Shown: one piece after another, positions 18,031-29,543 of the stretch
Numbering within the stretch: position 1 is the stretch's first letter
Layout: every line of letters starts with the position of its first letter
DNA from: the human T2T-CHM13v2.0 reference genome, Homo sapiens
Strand: one strand, 5' to 3'
Assembly (NCBI RefSeq): GCF_009914755.1
Contig: NC_060930.1
Length of the DNA: 64,000 nt
Made by a program: the position numbers and the translations under genes
The notes under the pieces: model-generated
Databases searched by the model: none
The model's input: only the letters and a program-made list of their open reading frames with translations
What the model was told of the DNA's origin: nothing

Positions 18031-18664
18031 CTGTTTTATATGGAAGAGACTCTAAAATCACATAAGCATAATTCTTTTTAAAGAACGTGTTAAGAAGATA
18101 GAGGCTCTAAAAGTTGTATTTCTTTGAATTTCACAATCTGTACCTAATAAAAAAATTCATAATGGCTGTGTGGTGGACTTACTACATAACAATTATAGGT
18201 TGTGTTATATAAATATAAGTATGCTGTAAGTGGTCTATTATTTTGCATAGTTAAAGCCAGGGAAAAATAAGTCCAACAACTACTCTCTAAACTCAAAAAC
18301 AATTAATTTTAATAAATCACCTACTCAAGGTCCTAATCCTTATCAGGATCCAAATGCATAATTGGATATAGAGGTGTCTAAAAGAGTTCTGGCTTGGATT
18401 TATTGTTTGCATAATGCTATCAAAAAGCAGAAACATGATGGGTGAAAGAGAATAAATGTCTGAACACTTTAGAAGATAGGTGTTTTGCCTAAGAATAAAA
18501 GTATTAGCGTGAGAAGATTATAAAAGTATTTTATAATATGCACAGGGCAATGAAAACGAGTGAGAAAATATACCAGTCATTCCCACTAGAGGGAAAATGT
18601 ACAACACATCTGGAAATCAAGCTTGTTCCATCATTGCACTGTCTCATATCAAGAAAAATATTGA

Positions 18665-18975
18665 GGCCCGGTGCAGTGGCTCACGCCTCTAATCCCAGCA
18701 CTTTGGGAGGCAGAGGTGGGCAGATCACGAGGTCAGGAGTTTCAGGCCAGCTTGGCCAATATGGTAAAAGTCCTTCTCTACTAAAGATAAAAAAATTAGC
18801 TGGGCGTGGTGGTGCATGCCTGTAATCCCAGTTACTTGGGAGGCTAAGGCAGGAGAATCACTTGAACCTGGGAGGCGGAGGTTGCAGTGAGCAGTGAGCA
18901 GTGAGCAGTGATCGCACCATTGCACTCCAGCCTAGGCAACAGGGCAAGACTCTGTCTCAAAAAAAAAAAAAAAAA
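18665..18975 (+). mobile_element. AluS (Sg-like)
   Basis: Full dimer with A-tail; carries an internal (gcagtga)x4 expansion. Confidence 0.95.
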
Positions 18976-19586
18976 TTGATATAGTTTCTTGGTAAAAGCA
19001 AAGATAGCGCTTAAAAATTGTCAAATTAATTAGATGTAAGTTTCACTTGGTATATTTTAATTTATACACCCACATGGTCTAGCATACACTATTTTGCACA
19101 GTAGCTTATTAATAATATGTATGAAAAAATATGCATCTTTGTGTACAGGGTTGTCATTTAGTGCTTCCCGTTATTATTCTCCCACAAGAAGCCTGGGAAG
19201 GAGACAGAGTGGGATTCGAGTTTGATGACTGTGTCTTATATGAGTACATTTTTAACTTTATAAGAAACTCCCAAACTGTTTCCAGAAAAGGTTTTTGTAA
19301 TTCCAACACTTTATTCCTTTTTTCCTTTCTTAGGGGATGACCTAAACATGCTATATTTAAAAGGATACCTATTTGTAAAATAAAACTATATTTTCTGAGA
19401 AAATACATAACATCTAAACTTAGTTCTGGAGAGAAAGAAAAACTCTTATTTACAGAAGAATTCAAGTTTCTTAATGTGAAAACATGTAATTATTAAATTA
19501 CCATATTCAACCCTTAAAATAATAAATAATTCAGGCAGTCAGCATTGATAAATGCTAAGACGACTGGATGAAAGGCTTTTAAGTTT

Positions 19587-19589
<3 letters not shown>

Positions 19590-19626
<37 letters not shown>
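19590..19626. repeat. (CA)n microsatellite
   Basis: About 17 perfect CA units. Confidence 0.95.
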
Positions 19627-19631
<5 letters not shown>

Positions 19632-19719
19632 TTGAGTACAGACTCAAACTAACAGTCCACAGATTATTTATTACAGTGGGAAAATTTTTATTTTTTTAAA
19701 TTGATATATCTGTACCATC

Positions 19720-20190
19720 TTAATCAAGTTAACAAACTTAGCTGGAGCAATAATGTGCTTTCTCATGTGATATCATGGGAGATTTATGGCTTATCTATAA
19801 TACTTTACCCAAAAATGTTTAACCTGGATCTAATAATGAGAAAACAATCTAAGCAATGTAATGATGCTATGATATAACTAGATGGAACTGTTAAAAAGAA
19901 TTCAATGTTATGAAAGACAAAGATGTTAGGGATTAAAGAGACATGACAACCCAATGTAATATGTGAATCTTGTTTCAAACCTGATTTTTAAAAATGGACT
20001 ATGTAAATTAAGTATTATTGAATCAATGTTGAATTTCTTGGTTATCATAGTGATATTGTTGTATATGAGAAAGTCCTTGTTCTCAGGAATACATACTGAA
20101 ATGCTTAGGGTAGAGGTGAAATTGTCTTGATGTCTGTAACTTACTTTCAAGTGGTTTGCAAAAACATTTACACACATTGAAAGCACAAGT
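19720..20190 (+). mobile_element. L1MC/ME-type 3' UTR fragment, interrupted by Alus
   Basis: 'aaaaatgtttaacctggatctaataatgagaaaacaatc...gtccttgttctcaggaatacatactgaaatgcttagggtagagg...aacttactttcaagtgg'. Confidence 0.65.
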
Positions 20191-20192
20191 AT

Positions 20193-20501
20193 GGCTGAGC
20201 ACGGTGGCTGACACCTGTAATCCTAGCAATCTGGGAGGCCGAGGAGGGTGGATCATTTGAGGTCAGGAGTCCAAGACCAGCCTTGCCAACATGGTGAAAC
20301 CCTGTCTCTGCTAAAAATACAAAAATTAACTGGGAGTGGTGACACACACCTGTAATCCCAGCTACTCGGGAGGCTGAGGCAGAAGAATCGCCTGAACCCT
20401 GGAGGCGGACGTTGCCGTGAGCCAAGATCACGCTGCTGCACTCCAGCCTGCATGAAAGAGTTAGACCCCATCTCAATTAAATAAATGAATAAATAAATAA
20501 A
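20193..20501 (+). mobile_element. AluS (Sx/Sz-like)
   Basis: Full dimer, (aaat)n tail, TSD aaagcacaagtat / aaagtacaagtgt. Confidence 0.95.
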
Positions 20502-20574
20502 GTACAAGTGTGCTTTTGGGGGGAAAAAAAGGGGCATACTGTCAGTTTAGATGACAGGTGTATATTTCTTAAAC

Positions 20575-20882
20575 TATTTATTTATTTATTTATTTATTTT
20601 TGAGATGGAGCCTTGCTCTGTCACCTAGGCTGGAGTGCAGTGGCGGGATCTCAGATGACTGCAACTTCCACGTCCCAGGTTCAAGCAACTCTCTTGTCTC
20701 AGCCTCCTGAGTAGCTGGGATTACAGGTGCCCACCACCATGCCCGACCAATTTTTGTATATTTATTAGAGGCAGGTTTCACCATGTTGGCCAGGCTGCTC
20801 TCAAACTCCTGACCTCAGGTGGTCCACCTACCTTGGCCTCCCAAAGTGCTGGGATTACAGGCATGAGCCACAGTACCAGGCC
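20575..20882 (-). mobile_element. AluS (Sx-like)
   Basis: Reverse-complement dimer with (ttta)n tail; TSD ttaaact on both sides. Confidence 0.95.
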
Positions 20883-20899
20883 TTAAACTTTTTTTTTAA

Positions 20900-21560
20900 A
20901 TACAAAATTTTATTTCAGAATACATAGTACAGAGTACAGAAAAGCTCTGAAGATGGTACAGAGTTCCCATATATCACACACCAGTTGCTCCTATTATTAA
21001 CATATAACATTAGTATGGTACATTTGTCACAATTAATGAACCATCATTGATACATTATATTTTGGGTTATAATCCAATATTGGTTTATTTATCTATTTAC
21101 TCAAGTTGCTCCAGATTTGCCACTGGGAGTTCTCTCAGTAGGCTCCTTTGTGCTTCTAATATATCCCCATCACTGTGGGTGTTTTATTTTGAGAAATTCT
21201 TTACTTTCTAGTACTAAAAAATGTTTAGGCTCATCTTGTATACATTCTACCCAGTCCTACCATCAGCCATTTCTCCAAATATCCTGGTTTCCTTTACTAG
21301 AGAAGTTTAGCAAAAATTAAGTTGTGGGTACTGGGTATGTTTGTTGCTCTTGAGGTGTCATTGCTTGCAGGCTAGTTGAGCTGAAAGAACAAGGAAATAA
21401 GTAGGTGTACACTAATTTCATACACACAATTAGATATATAATATTTATAAGCATCTGTCACTATATATACATATACATATATACATAATACATATACATA
21501 CATATATCTACATATACACATATGTACACACATATATGTGTGTGTGTATGTGTGTATGTA

Positions 21561-21617
<57 letters not shown>

Positions 21618-21905
21618 ATGAGTTCATACTAATGTCTTTAACTCAAAACCTTTACCATGGAAATTATTCTAGTCTTCTCCCCTTTCTTGTCTGTAACTTC
21701 TCTTTCCAACTCTGTCATCCATCATAGATTTAATTCATTTTACAACTTCAGTATACATATAGGGTCGTCTCACAACTGTTGACCTCTATCTCCATAGGAC
21801 ACAACTTTATCAATAGAGCACAATGTTTATGTGCAGTTCCTTTTGCGTTTAATCTTACATACTTCACTCATTTCCAAAGATAATTAGATCAGCACCTCTT
21901 CCCTT
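20900..21905 (-). mobile_element. L1MC/MD-type 3' region containing a microsatellite
   Basis: 'cagagttcccatata...attattaacat...tagtatggtacatttgtcacaattaatgaacc' and 'ccatttctccaa...cctggtttcctttact'. Confidence 0.7.
21463..21614. repeat. Compound (TATACA)/(TG)/(TA)n microsatellite
   Basis: Direct read; ends in ~21 perfect TA units. Confidence 0.95.
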
Positions 21906-22009
21906 AATATGGGTGTTTTGTTATTACCTCTTTGTCAGTTTAAAGTGTTTCAAAATTTTTTAAGTATGGAAAGAATAAAGTAAAACATATTTTGAAAAAT
22001 GTATAAAAT

Positions 22010-22115
22010 TATAAAACTGTGCAAACCCATCGCTAGGGGCTCTCCTAGTGTCTCTGAAGAAAGCATGCAAAAGAGACTCTGAATCTTAAGCTTTATTAGC
22101 TCCTTAGTATATTTG
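22010..22115. mobile_element. MER91-like (hAT-Tip100) fragment
   Basis: 'ctaggggc...gcatgcaaaagagactctgaatcttaagctttattagctcc' resembles the MER91 terminus as recalled. Confidence 0.4.
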
Positions 22116-22479
22116 TGGTAACTTAATGAGGAAAAACTATAATGACAGTGAAACTACATATCGTATAAGGATGCAGAATAAGGTGCTCTGCAAGAATTAA
22201 CTTTAAAAACACCAATAACTGTCTTTTTACTCTTTTTTATATGATAAAAGATACAAGGTCATTCAAAAGTAAGAATCCCAAGATAAACTTGAAGAAAGTG
22301 CTGAAAGCACTAAATAGTTCATTTAAATAGAAGGAAATAATAAAATAAATTGATTACTAAGAAAACCAGCTGAGGTGAAAAAATACATTTACAAGTGCAC
22401 TGTTCCACATAGTTTTATGTGATTTTTTTTTTCCCAGCAATGCTCAGTTATCCTGGATAAGTGTGTTGACGGCATAGCA

Positions 22480-22670
22480 CACCATCGTGGATAAGAGTTC
22501 AGGTCTAGACCCAGATGGTTTGACTCTCGGTTTCACCATTAACTAAAAGAGTAACTTTAAATAAATTACTGAAATATATTATGTCTAAGTTTTTATTTGA
22601 CCACAGGGATAATAAAGCAGTTGGCATGATGCCTGGGACATAGTTATTGCTCAAAAAAGTTAGCAATAAT
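22480..22670 (+). mobile_element. MIR fragment
   Basis: 'gtggataagagttcaggtctagacccagatggtttga...gtaactttaaataaattact...atgcctgggacatag'. Confidence 0.55.
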
Positions 22671-23254
22671 TATCATAATTATCCAGGATTCAAGATTTGT
22701 GAGCCAAGTACAGTAGAAGGGCAAATAGGTATTATATATATGCATATAGTCTGGCTCCGAAAATAATGTTTTGCTGCATTGGTCTTCTGTTCTCCAGGAG
22801 TGGTGTTCTTTTTTTGGAAGTTGGTCAGGAAAGATCTCCCAAATGTCAACTTGTAGCATTTCAACATCAGGAAGTTTAGATTGTCCTAACTTACAGATTT
22901 TTGACATGACAACTGAAAACTTCTACTTTGTAGTCTGTATCAAATGACTTTACACACTTTTCACTTTACTTTGAAAAAGAAAAACAGGTATTTAGCATCA
23001 TATTATTAAAATTTACACTGGAACTGGCAATCCAAGAGAAAGATCACTAAGGGTACAGAGGATAAAACTATGTTTACAGACTTAAGAACCCAGTTCACAC
23101 ATGTCAGCCATTCTGCAGGAGTTTTAACTTACAGAACATTCTATCTATATCAGCCTAAAGCAGCCCGGACTATCAAAATCTTAAAATCAGGTTATTCATT
23201 TTACTTGATGACACCTTTTCTTCCACTTACTGAAAATAAAAGATACATTTTTGA

Positions 23255-23458
23255 GCAAGGTTTCTCAACTACTGACATTTCAGGACAGGTAATTTTTGTT
23301 GTGGTGGTTACTCTGCACATTACAGGATATTTAGCAGCATCCCTGGCATCCACTCACTGGCATCAGAATCCTTCCCCTGTTGTGACAAGCAAAATAGTCT
23401 TTACGCATGGCCAAATGCCCCCTGGGAGTAATATTATCCAGGATGAAAACCAATACTT
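23255..23458 (-). mobile_element. MER20 (hAT-Charlie)
   Basis: 'caaggtttctcaac...actgacattt...ggatatttagcagcatccctggcatccactcactgg...gccaaatgcccctggg'. Confidence 0.85.
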
Positions 23459-25576
23459 TAGATGAACGGTATTTATTGAATTTAAAAAGGAGAACCATTG
23501 GTAATACAGCAAACAAGAAAATCTTAATTTAAAAAAAAAAATATTTTTCCCCTAGGAGTTAACTACATTTTATTCCAAAATACAGTCTTCAGTAGCACTG
23601 AGGAAAAAAGAAAAATATATTTCCCTTAAAAATTACATCCTTACAAGTGGAGAACTGAACAAGGTAATCTCTTTCAGAACTGATGCTTTTCTTGTTTCTT
23701 TAAAGACATCTGCCCTTATGGCAGTGACACAATTTAAAATCCAATCCAAATCTGGCCCACATGTTTTGCCTGCAGGACATGCTTTTTTGCTATCATATAC
23801 TTTGTCAGGTGCCACAACCATAACACTCACAGAATGACAAAAGGTATGAAAGTAACAGTGTGTGTACTCAGATCATTTTTTGCAGAAACACTTTTCCATT
23901 TGGTAAGCTTTGCATCAGTTTACCTCTGTGTCTGAAGCTAAAAGGAAGCCACACAGTGGCCTAACTACAGGGCTCAGTGTTACCTGTTTGAGCACAATGC
24001 AAGTTGTTCTAGAAATACAATACATACAATATATGCTCTAGAAATACAATATAATATATATATACACACACTACATATATATATCTATATATCATATCTA
24101 TGTATGTATGTATCTATCTATCTATGGGAATATTTGTTGTGAAAATGTTAATGTTTTCCAGACAGTAAACACTGAGTTTCTATATGCTTCTATAATGGTC
24201 AGTGAACTTCTTGATAGTGACTGACATGGTGCAGTTATATGTGCTCATGGTTCAATTTCAAATTTACAATGCAAGTATTATTCCTATACAGCAGATACCC
24301 TAAGATTCAGTAACCTCAACATAGAAATCTAAAATCAAAATGATCACACTGCTAGTCAGGCTTGTAAGCCAATTACAGACACATGATGTGTTAAGATGCC
24401 CACCCTCAAAGATTATTATTTTACGTGACACTTTTACTCTGAAGTGTAAAGAAAAAGCACAGTATTCTGTAGACTCAAACATAATACATCATACCTATAC
24501 AAAAAAAAAAAAAACTCATTATACTAAGAACAAAGGTAAATAACCGCTAGAAAACAGAATTGCTGTAATAAGGAACTACTAGGAAAAGCATGGGTTTCAG
24601 TCACATCCTGAGGGTTCAAAAACCAATTCTCAGTTTATAATCATTTGGGGCTTCATCTACGAAGTGAAGATGTCATCACCAACACTGCAGAGCTGCTGAG
24701 AGGATGGGTTAGGTGGTATGCCAAAAGCCAAGCTGAGAGCCTGACATAGTAGATATTCACTAAATGGTGGCTGTGAATCTTTAACAGATTAAGGAAGTAT
24801 CCTATACACAGTGTACTAAAAATCTATTAGATTTTAATGTCTTTTTTTGAATTTTCTAGAGTATATCAAGTATTATTTTCCTCTTTAATCAATTAGTGTG
24901 ATAAATTCTATGAATCGTATTTCTAATGTTGAGTCATTCTGTCAGTCTTAGAACAAAACAAAAACAAAACAAAACATTGCCTGCTCCTGTCATCTGCTAC
25001 TTTAAAAAAGATTCCTGAGTTTGCCAACAGTTTATGTAGGGTTTTTGTATCTAAACGTACACGTGAAACTATTATATTTTTGCTTTGTTTGCTTTATCAG
25101 TTTGTGTTAGGTTTTGCTATCATAAATAAAACCTGAGATATTTCTGTATTTTTCTATACTTAAAAAAGTATTTATATATCATAAATATCATAAGTTCCAT
25201 GAAAATTTGATGGAACTTGCCTGTTTTTAAATGACTCTTCCCACTGTTAAATGATTATTCTTTTTAAAAAGGATTTAAAGGAAGTTTAAATTCATCTGCC
25301 CGTGCTCCTAGTTCTGCTTTAAAAAACAAAGAGAATAGAGAGAAGTGAGAGAAGAGTAACAAGTGTCAACATTATGACATAATAAAGAAAGCACATGGCT
25401 ATTGTCAAGTATTAATTAAAATAATATCTTGAGAATAAATTAAGGACAATTGGCTAGATCTTTGGAGAAGCATAGCTCAGATATTTACACAATTTTTTTT
25501 TCATTTTTCAACATCTTCTTTTTAGGCAGGTGAATTGAGTCACCATAGTACCAATCCAGGGTCCCATTGTAGGCTT

Positions 25577-25927
25577 ATAAATAGAAATAGATTAAGCAAT
25601 AGATTTAATCTGTTTCAATAAATCTTTATCACAGATCTCCGAAGTCAGCCTTTTTGTATCTACTGTCAGGTCTTTAGAATGTCACCTCTAAGGAACAGAG
25701 CAGTTTACATTTGGCCGGCCATGTTTTCACATTGTATCTGCAGACGTTTGTGATTTTGAATAAAATAATGGGCAGGACCAGCCAAATAAACATCTGGACT
25801 TCACAACCTCAGGGCTGTGGTACCCTGGGCCACGCAGCAGCAAGTGCAAACCTTGCTCACACCAAGAAGGTAAAGGTGACTTTCTGCTGAGGAGGAGAAT
25901 ATAATATTTTACAAGTTCTACAGCATA
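25577..25927 (+). repeat. Local direct duplication, copy 1 (~350 bp)
   Basis: Aligns to 26629-26976 at roughly 90% identity (hand count ~34 differences). Confidence 0.95.
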
Positions 25928-26628
25928 TTCCCAAGATCCCTATATACTAGAAAACTGAAAACAGACCCAACATTCTCATGCGACTAGAAGGGTTTTTGGA
26001 GACTCATTACTGAATACTTGAACACAACATGGAAAGTGCAAATCAAAAATGTTCTTCATCATGTTAATGCTTCCTAGAAGATTTGCTGCATTCTCTTTGT
26101 TTCTGCTATTCTCCCTGTTACTTTTCAACATATTTTTGGTTGTCTTTCCAGTATTTTAATCTCATAAATGTCATCTCTGTTGCCCAGAGACATTAAAAAG
26201 AAAATTTTAATTGAATGTTTTAACCCTACGTAGTCCATGCAAAGAAAATCCTGGCTTCACTACTCAAAAAAAACCTTTGTGGATTATGTGGCTAATTCAA
26301 AACAGTGGCTGAAATCCTTTGAAAACCTGACATCAAATAATTATGTTTGATTTTCTTTCTGTTTCTACTTCAAGCAATTTTAGTTGGCCATAAAGTTCAG
26401 GCCTAAATAAATGCAATTATTGAAATAACTATTGGCCAGGATCATCCCAAACAATGTTTATTTATATCTTTAAAAGATTCAATATATTTTAATATAAAAT
26501 AGGATAAATTATGTGCCAATGCCAGTCTGTTGAAGACAGTTTATAGGAATATGAGTGTCATACAATTTACAGACACATCATATATGAACTTATGTGGCAA
26601 ATAATAATATGTTCTAATTGAAGATTAG

Positions 26629-26976
26629 ATAAATAGAAATAGATTTAGAAACAGATTTAATCTGTTTCAATAAATCTTTATTACAGATCTCTGAAGTCAG
26701 CCTTTTTGGATCTTCTCTCACGTCTTTAGAATGTCATCTCTAGGGAATAGAGCAGTTTGCATTTGCCATTCTATGTTTTCATATTGTATCTGCAGAGGTT
26801 TGTGACTTTGAATACAAGAATGGGCAGGGCCAGTCAAATAAACATCTGGACCTCACAACCTCAGGGCTGTGGTACCCTGGGCCATGCAGCAGGAACTGCA
26901 AACCTTGCTCACACCAAGAAAGTAAAGGTGACTTTCTGCTGAGGAGAATATAGTATTTTATGAGTTCTACAGCATA
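26629..26976 (+). repeat. Local direct duplication, copy 2
   Basis: Aligns to 25577-25927 at an offset of ~1052 bp. Confidence 0.95.
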
Positions 26977-26993
26977 GAAACATTAATTCAATC

Positions 26994-26997
<4 letters not shown>

Positions 26998-27032
<35 letters not shown>
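26998..27032. repeat. (TA)n microsatellite
   Basis: About 17 perfect TA units. Confidence 0.95.
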
Positions 27033-27034
<2 letters not shown>

Positions 27035-28123
27035 CAATGTTAAAGCTACTCAGATAAGCTAGTGCTAACCTTGTTTTATCTGTAAAAGAGTGCACAAAGA
27101 AGAGGAATGTATATTAAAATAGGATGTTCTTATCATAGTGAAGTATCTACAAAAGAGGATACAGGCAAGTTCTTTTTAAAGTAGTCAGCAAATTATATAG
27201 GCTAGCTGGACTTACATAATTTTGTATGTCACAAAACATATTTTCTCTGCCAACATATATCTGAGATACTCTATAAGAAAAACATTCACTTCTCCTTTCT
27301 TTTCTACTGCTAATAGTTCATTTTTCACATGTGGTTTCTTAGATTTACTTATCATTTAGACAGGGAGGCTATATAACCCAATTCTGTTCTTGTTCTTTGC
27401 AGTGTACAGCTCACAAACTTTAAATATCCTGCTTTGCAAAATAAAAGAAATAAGAACCTTTCAGTGCATAGTACATAGGACATTTAATCAAAGTCAACTT
27501 TAGGAAGAAAGACATAGAGCCATTTTCAAATGCTGACAAAGTAGGAATAGAAAAATCAACCCCCATGTATCTTTAATGAAGCTTTCAGGGAAATATATCT
27601 ATACATATTTTAGTGATTTCTGATATTAAGATATTTTTTCCTAATTTGGTAAGTCAAGATATTACTCAGCTGTGAGTAATGATTTCAATTTCAATGAAAT
27701 AAGCCAATTATATATAAATATAATTTTTTAAAAGAAACTAAAATTTAGCAAGTAAATCATAAAAAGTAGTAACATTGAATAATTACCTGACAGCAAATTA
27801 CTTTAAGTATTATTTATAAAACATGTTGACTGCCAAATCCTAGGCCAAAAGATATGTTTGAAAGAATTTTATCAACAATTCATTATCAAGATCAAGGCTA
27901 TTTGTTCAATTTCCAAACATATTCACACAAACTGTCTCCTGGGAGAGAAGGGAAGCAGATTTCCTCTTAAAGTATAGAGAAATAGTAACTCTTTGGTCTC
28001 ACACCTGTGGATACCAGCAGTATTAAAGTTAACATTTCTGGGCATTTAAAAATCTACCTACTAGGGCCACAACTCTAGTATAAAGTTTAAGTTCTATTTC
28101 CAGAGATATTATAATACAAATTA

Positions 28124-28167
28124 TTAGGATGGTGCAAACATAATTGTGTTTTTTGCCATTAAAAGTA
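28124..28167. mobile_element. Half MADE1 (Hsmar1-derived MITE)
   Basis: 'ttaggatggtgcaaacataattgtgttttttgccattaaaagta' is one MADE1 TIR plus the central spacer. Confidence 0.8.
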
Positions 28168-28208
28168 AATAACATGAGATATAGTGTAAGCATATATTCT
28201 TTTTGGTG

Positions 28209-28273
28209 TTAGGTTGATGCAAAAGTAATTGTGGTTTTTGCCATTGAACCACATTACTTTTGCACCAACCTAA
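28209..28273. mobile_element. MADE1 MITE (miR-548-type hairpin) with central deletion
   Basis: 'ttaggttgatgcaaaagtaattgtggtttttgccattgaaccacattacttttgcaccaacctaa'. Confidence 0.9.
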
Positions 28274-29221
28274 CACCAAAGAGAGTATATACTTATACTG
28301 TATCTCATATTATTTAACACAAACAAGAAATTTCTAGCTTTTGAAGAGAAAGAGGAGATTTTTCAGAATTGTACTAAAGTAACAATGGTATATCTTAAAT
28401 AGAGAAACCAACTACACTAAATATTTCACAAATCTCTTATATCAAAGTTATTTAAAATGTAGGCTTTTGAGGCCCAGCAAACTTGGATTCCAGACCTTCC
28501 TGCTCCACTTACTCACTGTGTTGTCTTAGGTTCTCTAAGCATCACATCTTTCATTTGTAAAAGAGAGCAAATGATGGCTCCTACTTCCCGGAGCAATCAT
28601 CGCTATGAAGAGATAAAACCTATAAGCCTTTTGCACAATAACAATTAAATTTCAATTAATTCTACCAATAATTGTAAAAGATTAGAATACCAAGGAACTA
28701 ATACTTTCACTCCTCATGTCAAAGAAAAGGCCATAGGTAGGTATTTTCTATTCAAGGAACTCCCCAGAGAATATCTCCATTTTTTAAAATCCATAAAGTT
28801 TCAGTAGAGATTAAAAAGAGTTTTCCCAGAATGCTATGACTTTTTCTTTATATTTCCTTAAATGGAATAGTAGTCGAAAACAAGTAGAGCATTTCAAATC
28901 TCAGCCTCTAAATTATTTTTAGATAAGTTTGCTAAACAGGAAATGTTACCCATAAATTAATAATTATCAGTTATTAGCCTAGAGTTGTTAGCTCCACTTT
29001 ACACCTAGTTGTAGTCACAAGATAAATTTAATTAAATTAGCATAAATTAAGGTTGTGAGTATTCTAGCTTTCAATACCTCTATAATTCCAAAAATAAAAA
29101 TAAAAGGAAAGAAAGAGACAGTTACTAACACAAGAGAATGGGTAATTAAATGAATTAGGACAATAAAGGACAGCTTGTGGTATTTTAAAAAAAAAAAACT
29201 GGGGCCCAGCAAAACATCTAA

Positions 29222-29543
<322 letters not shown>

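Noticed and set aside
22644-22980. Overlapping ORFs or processed pseudogene fragment
   Set aside because: No recognisable protein, poly-A tail or TSD. The best minus-strand acceptor gives stops in all three frames.
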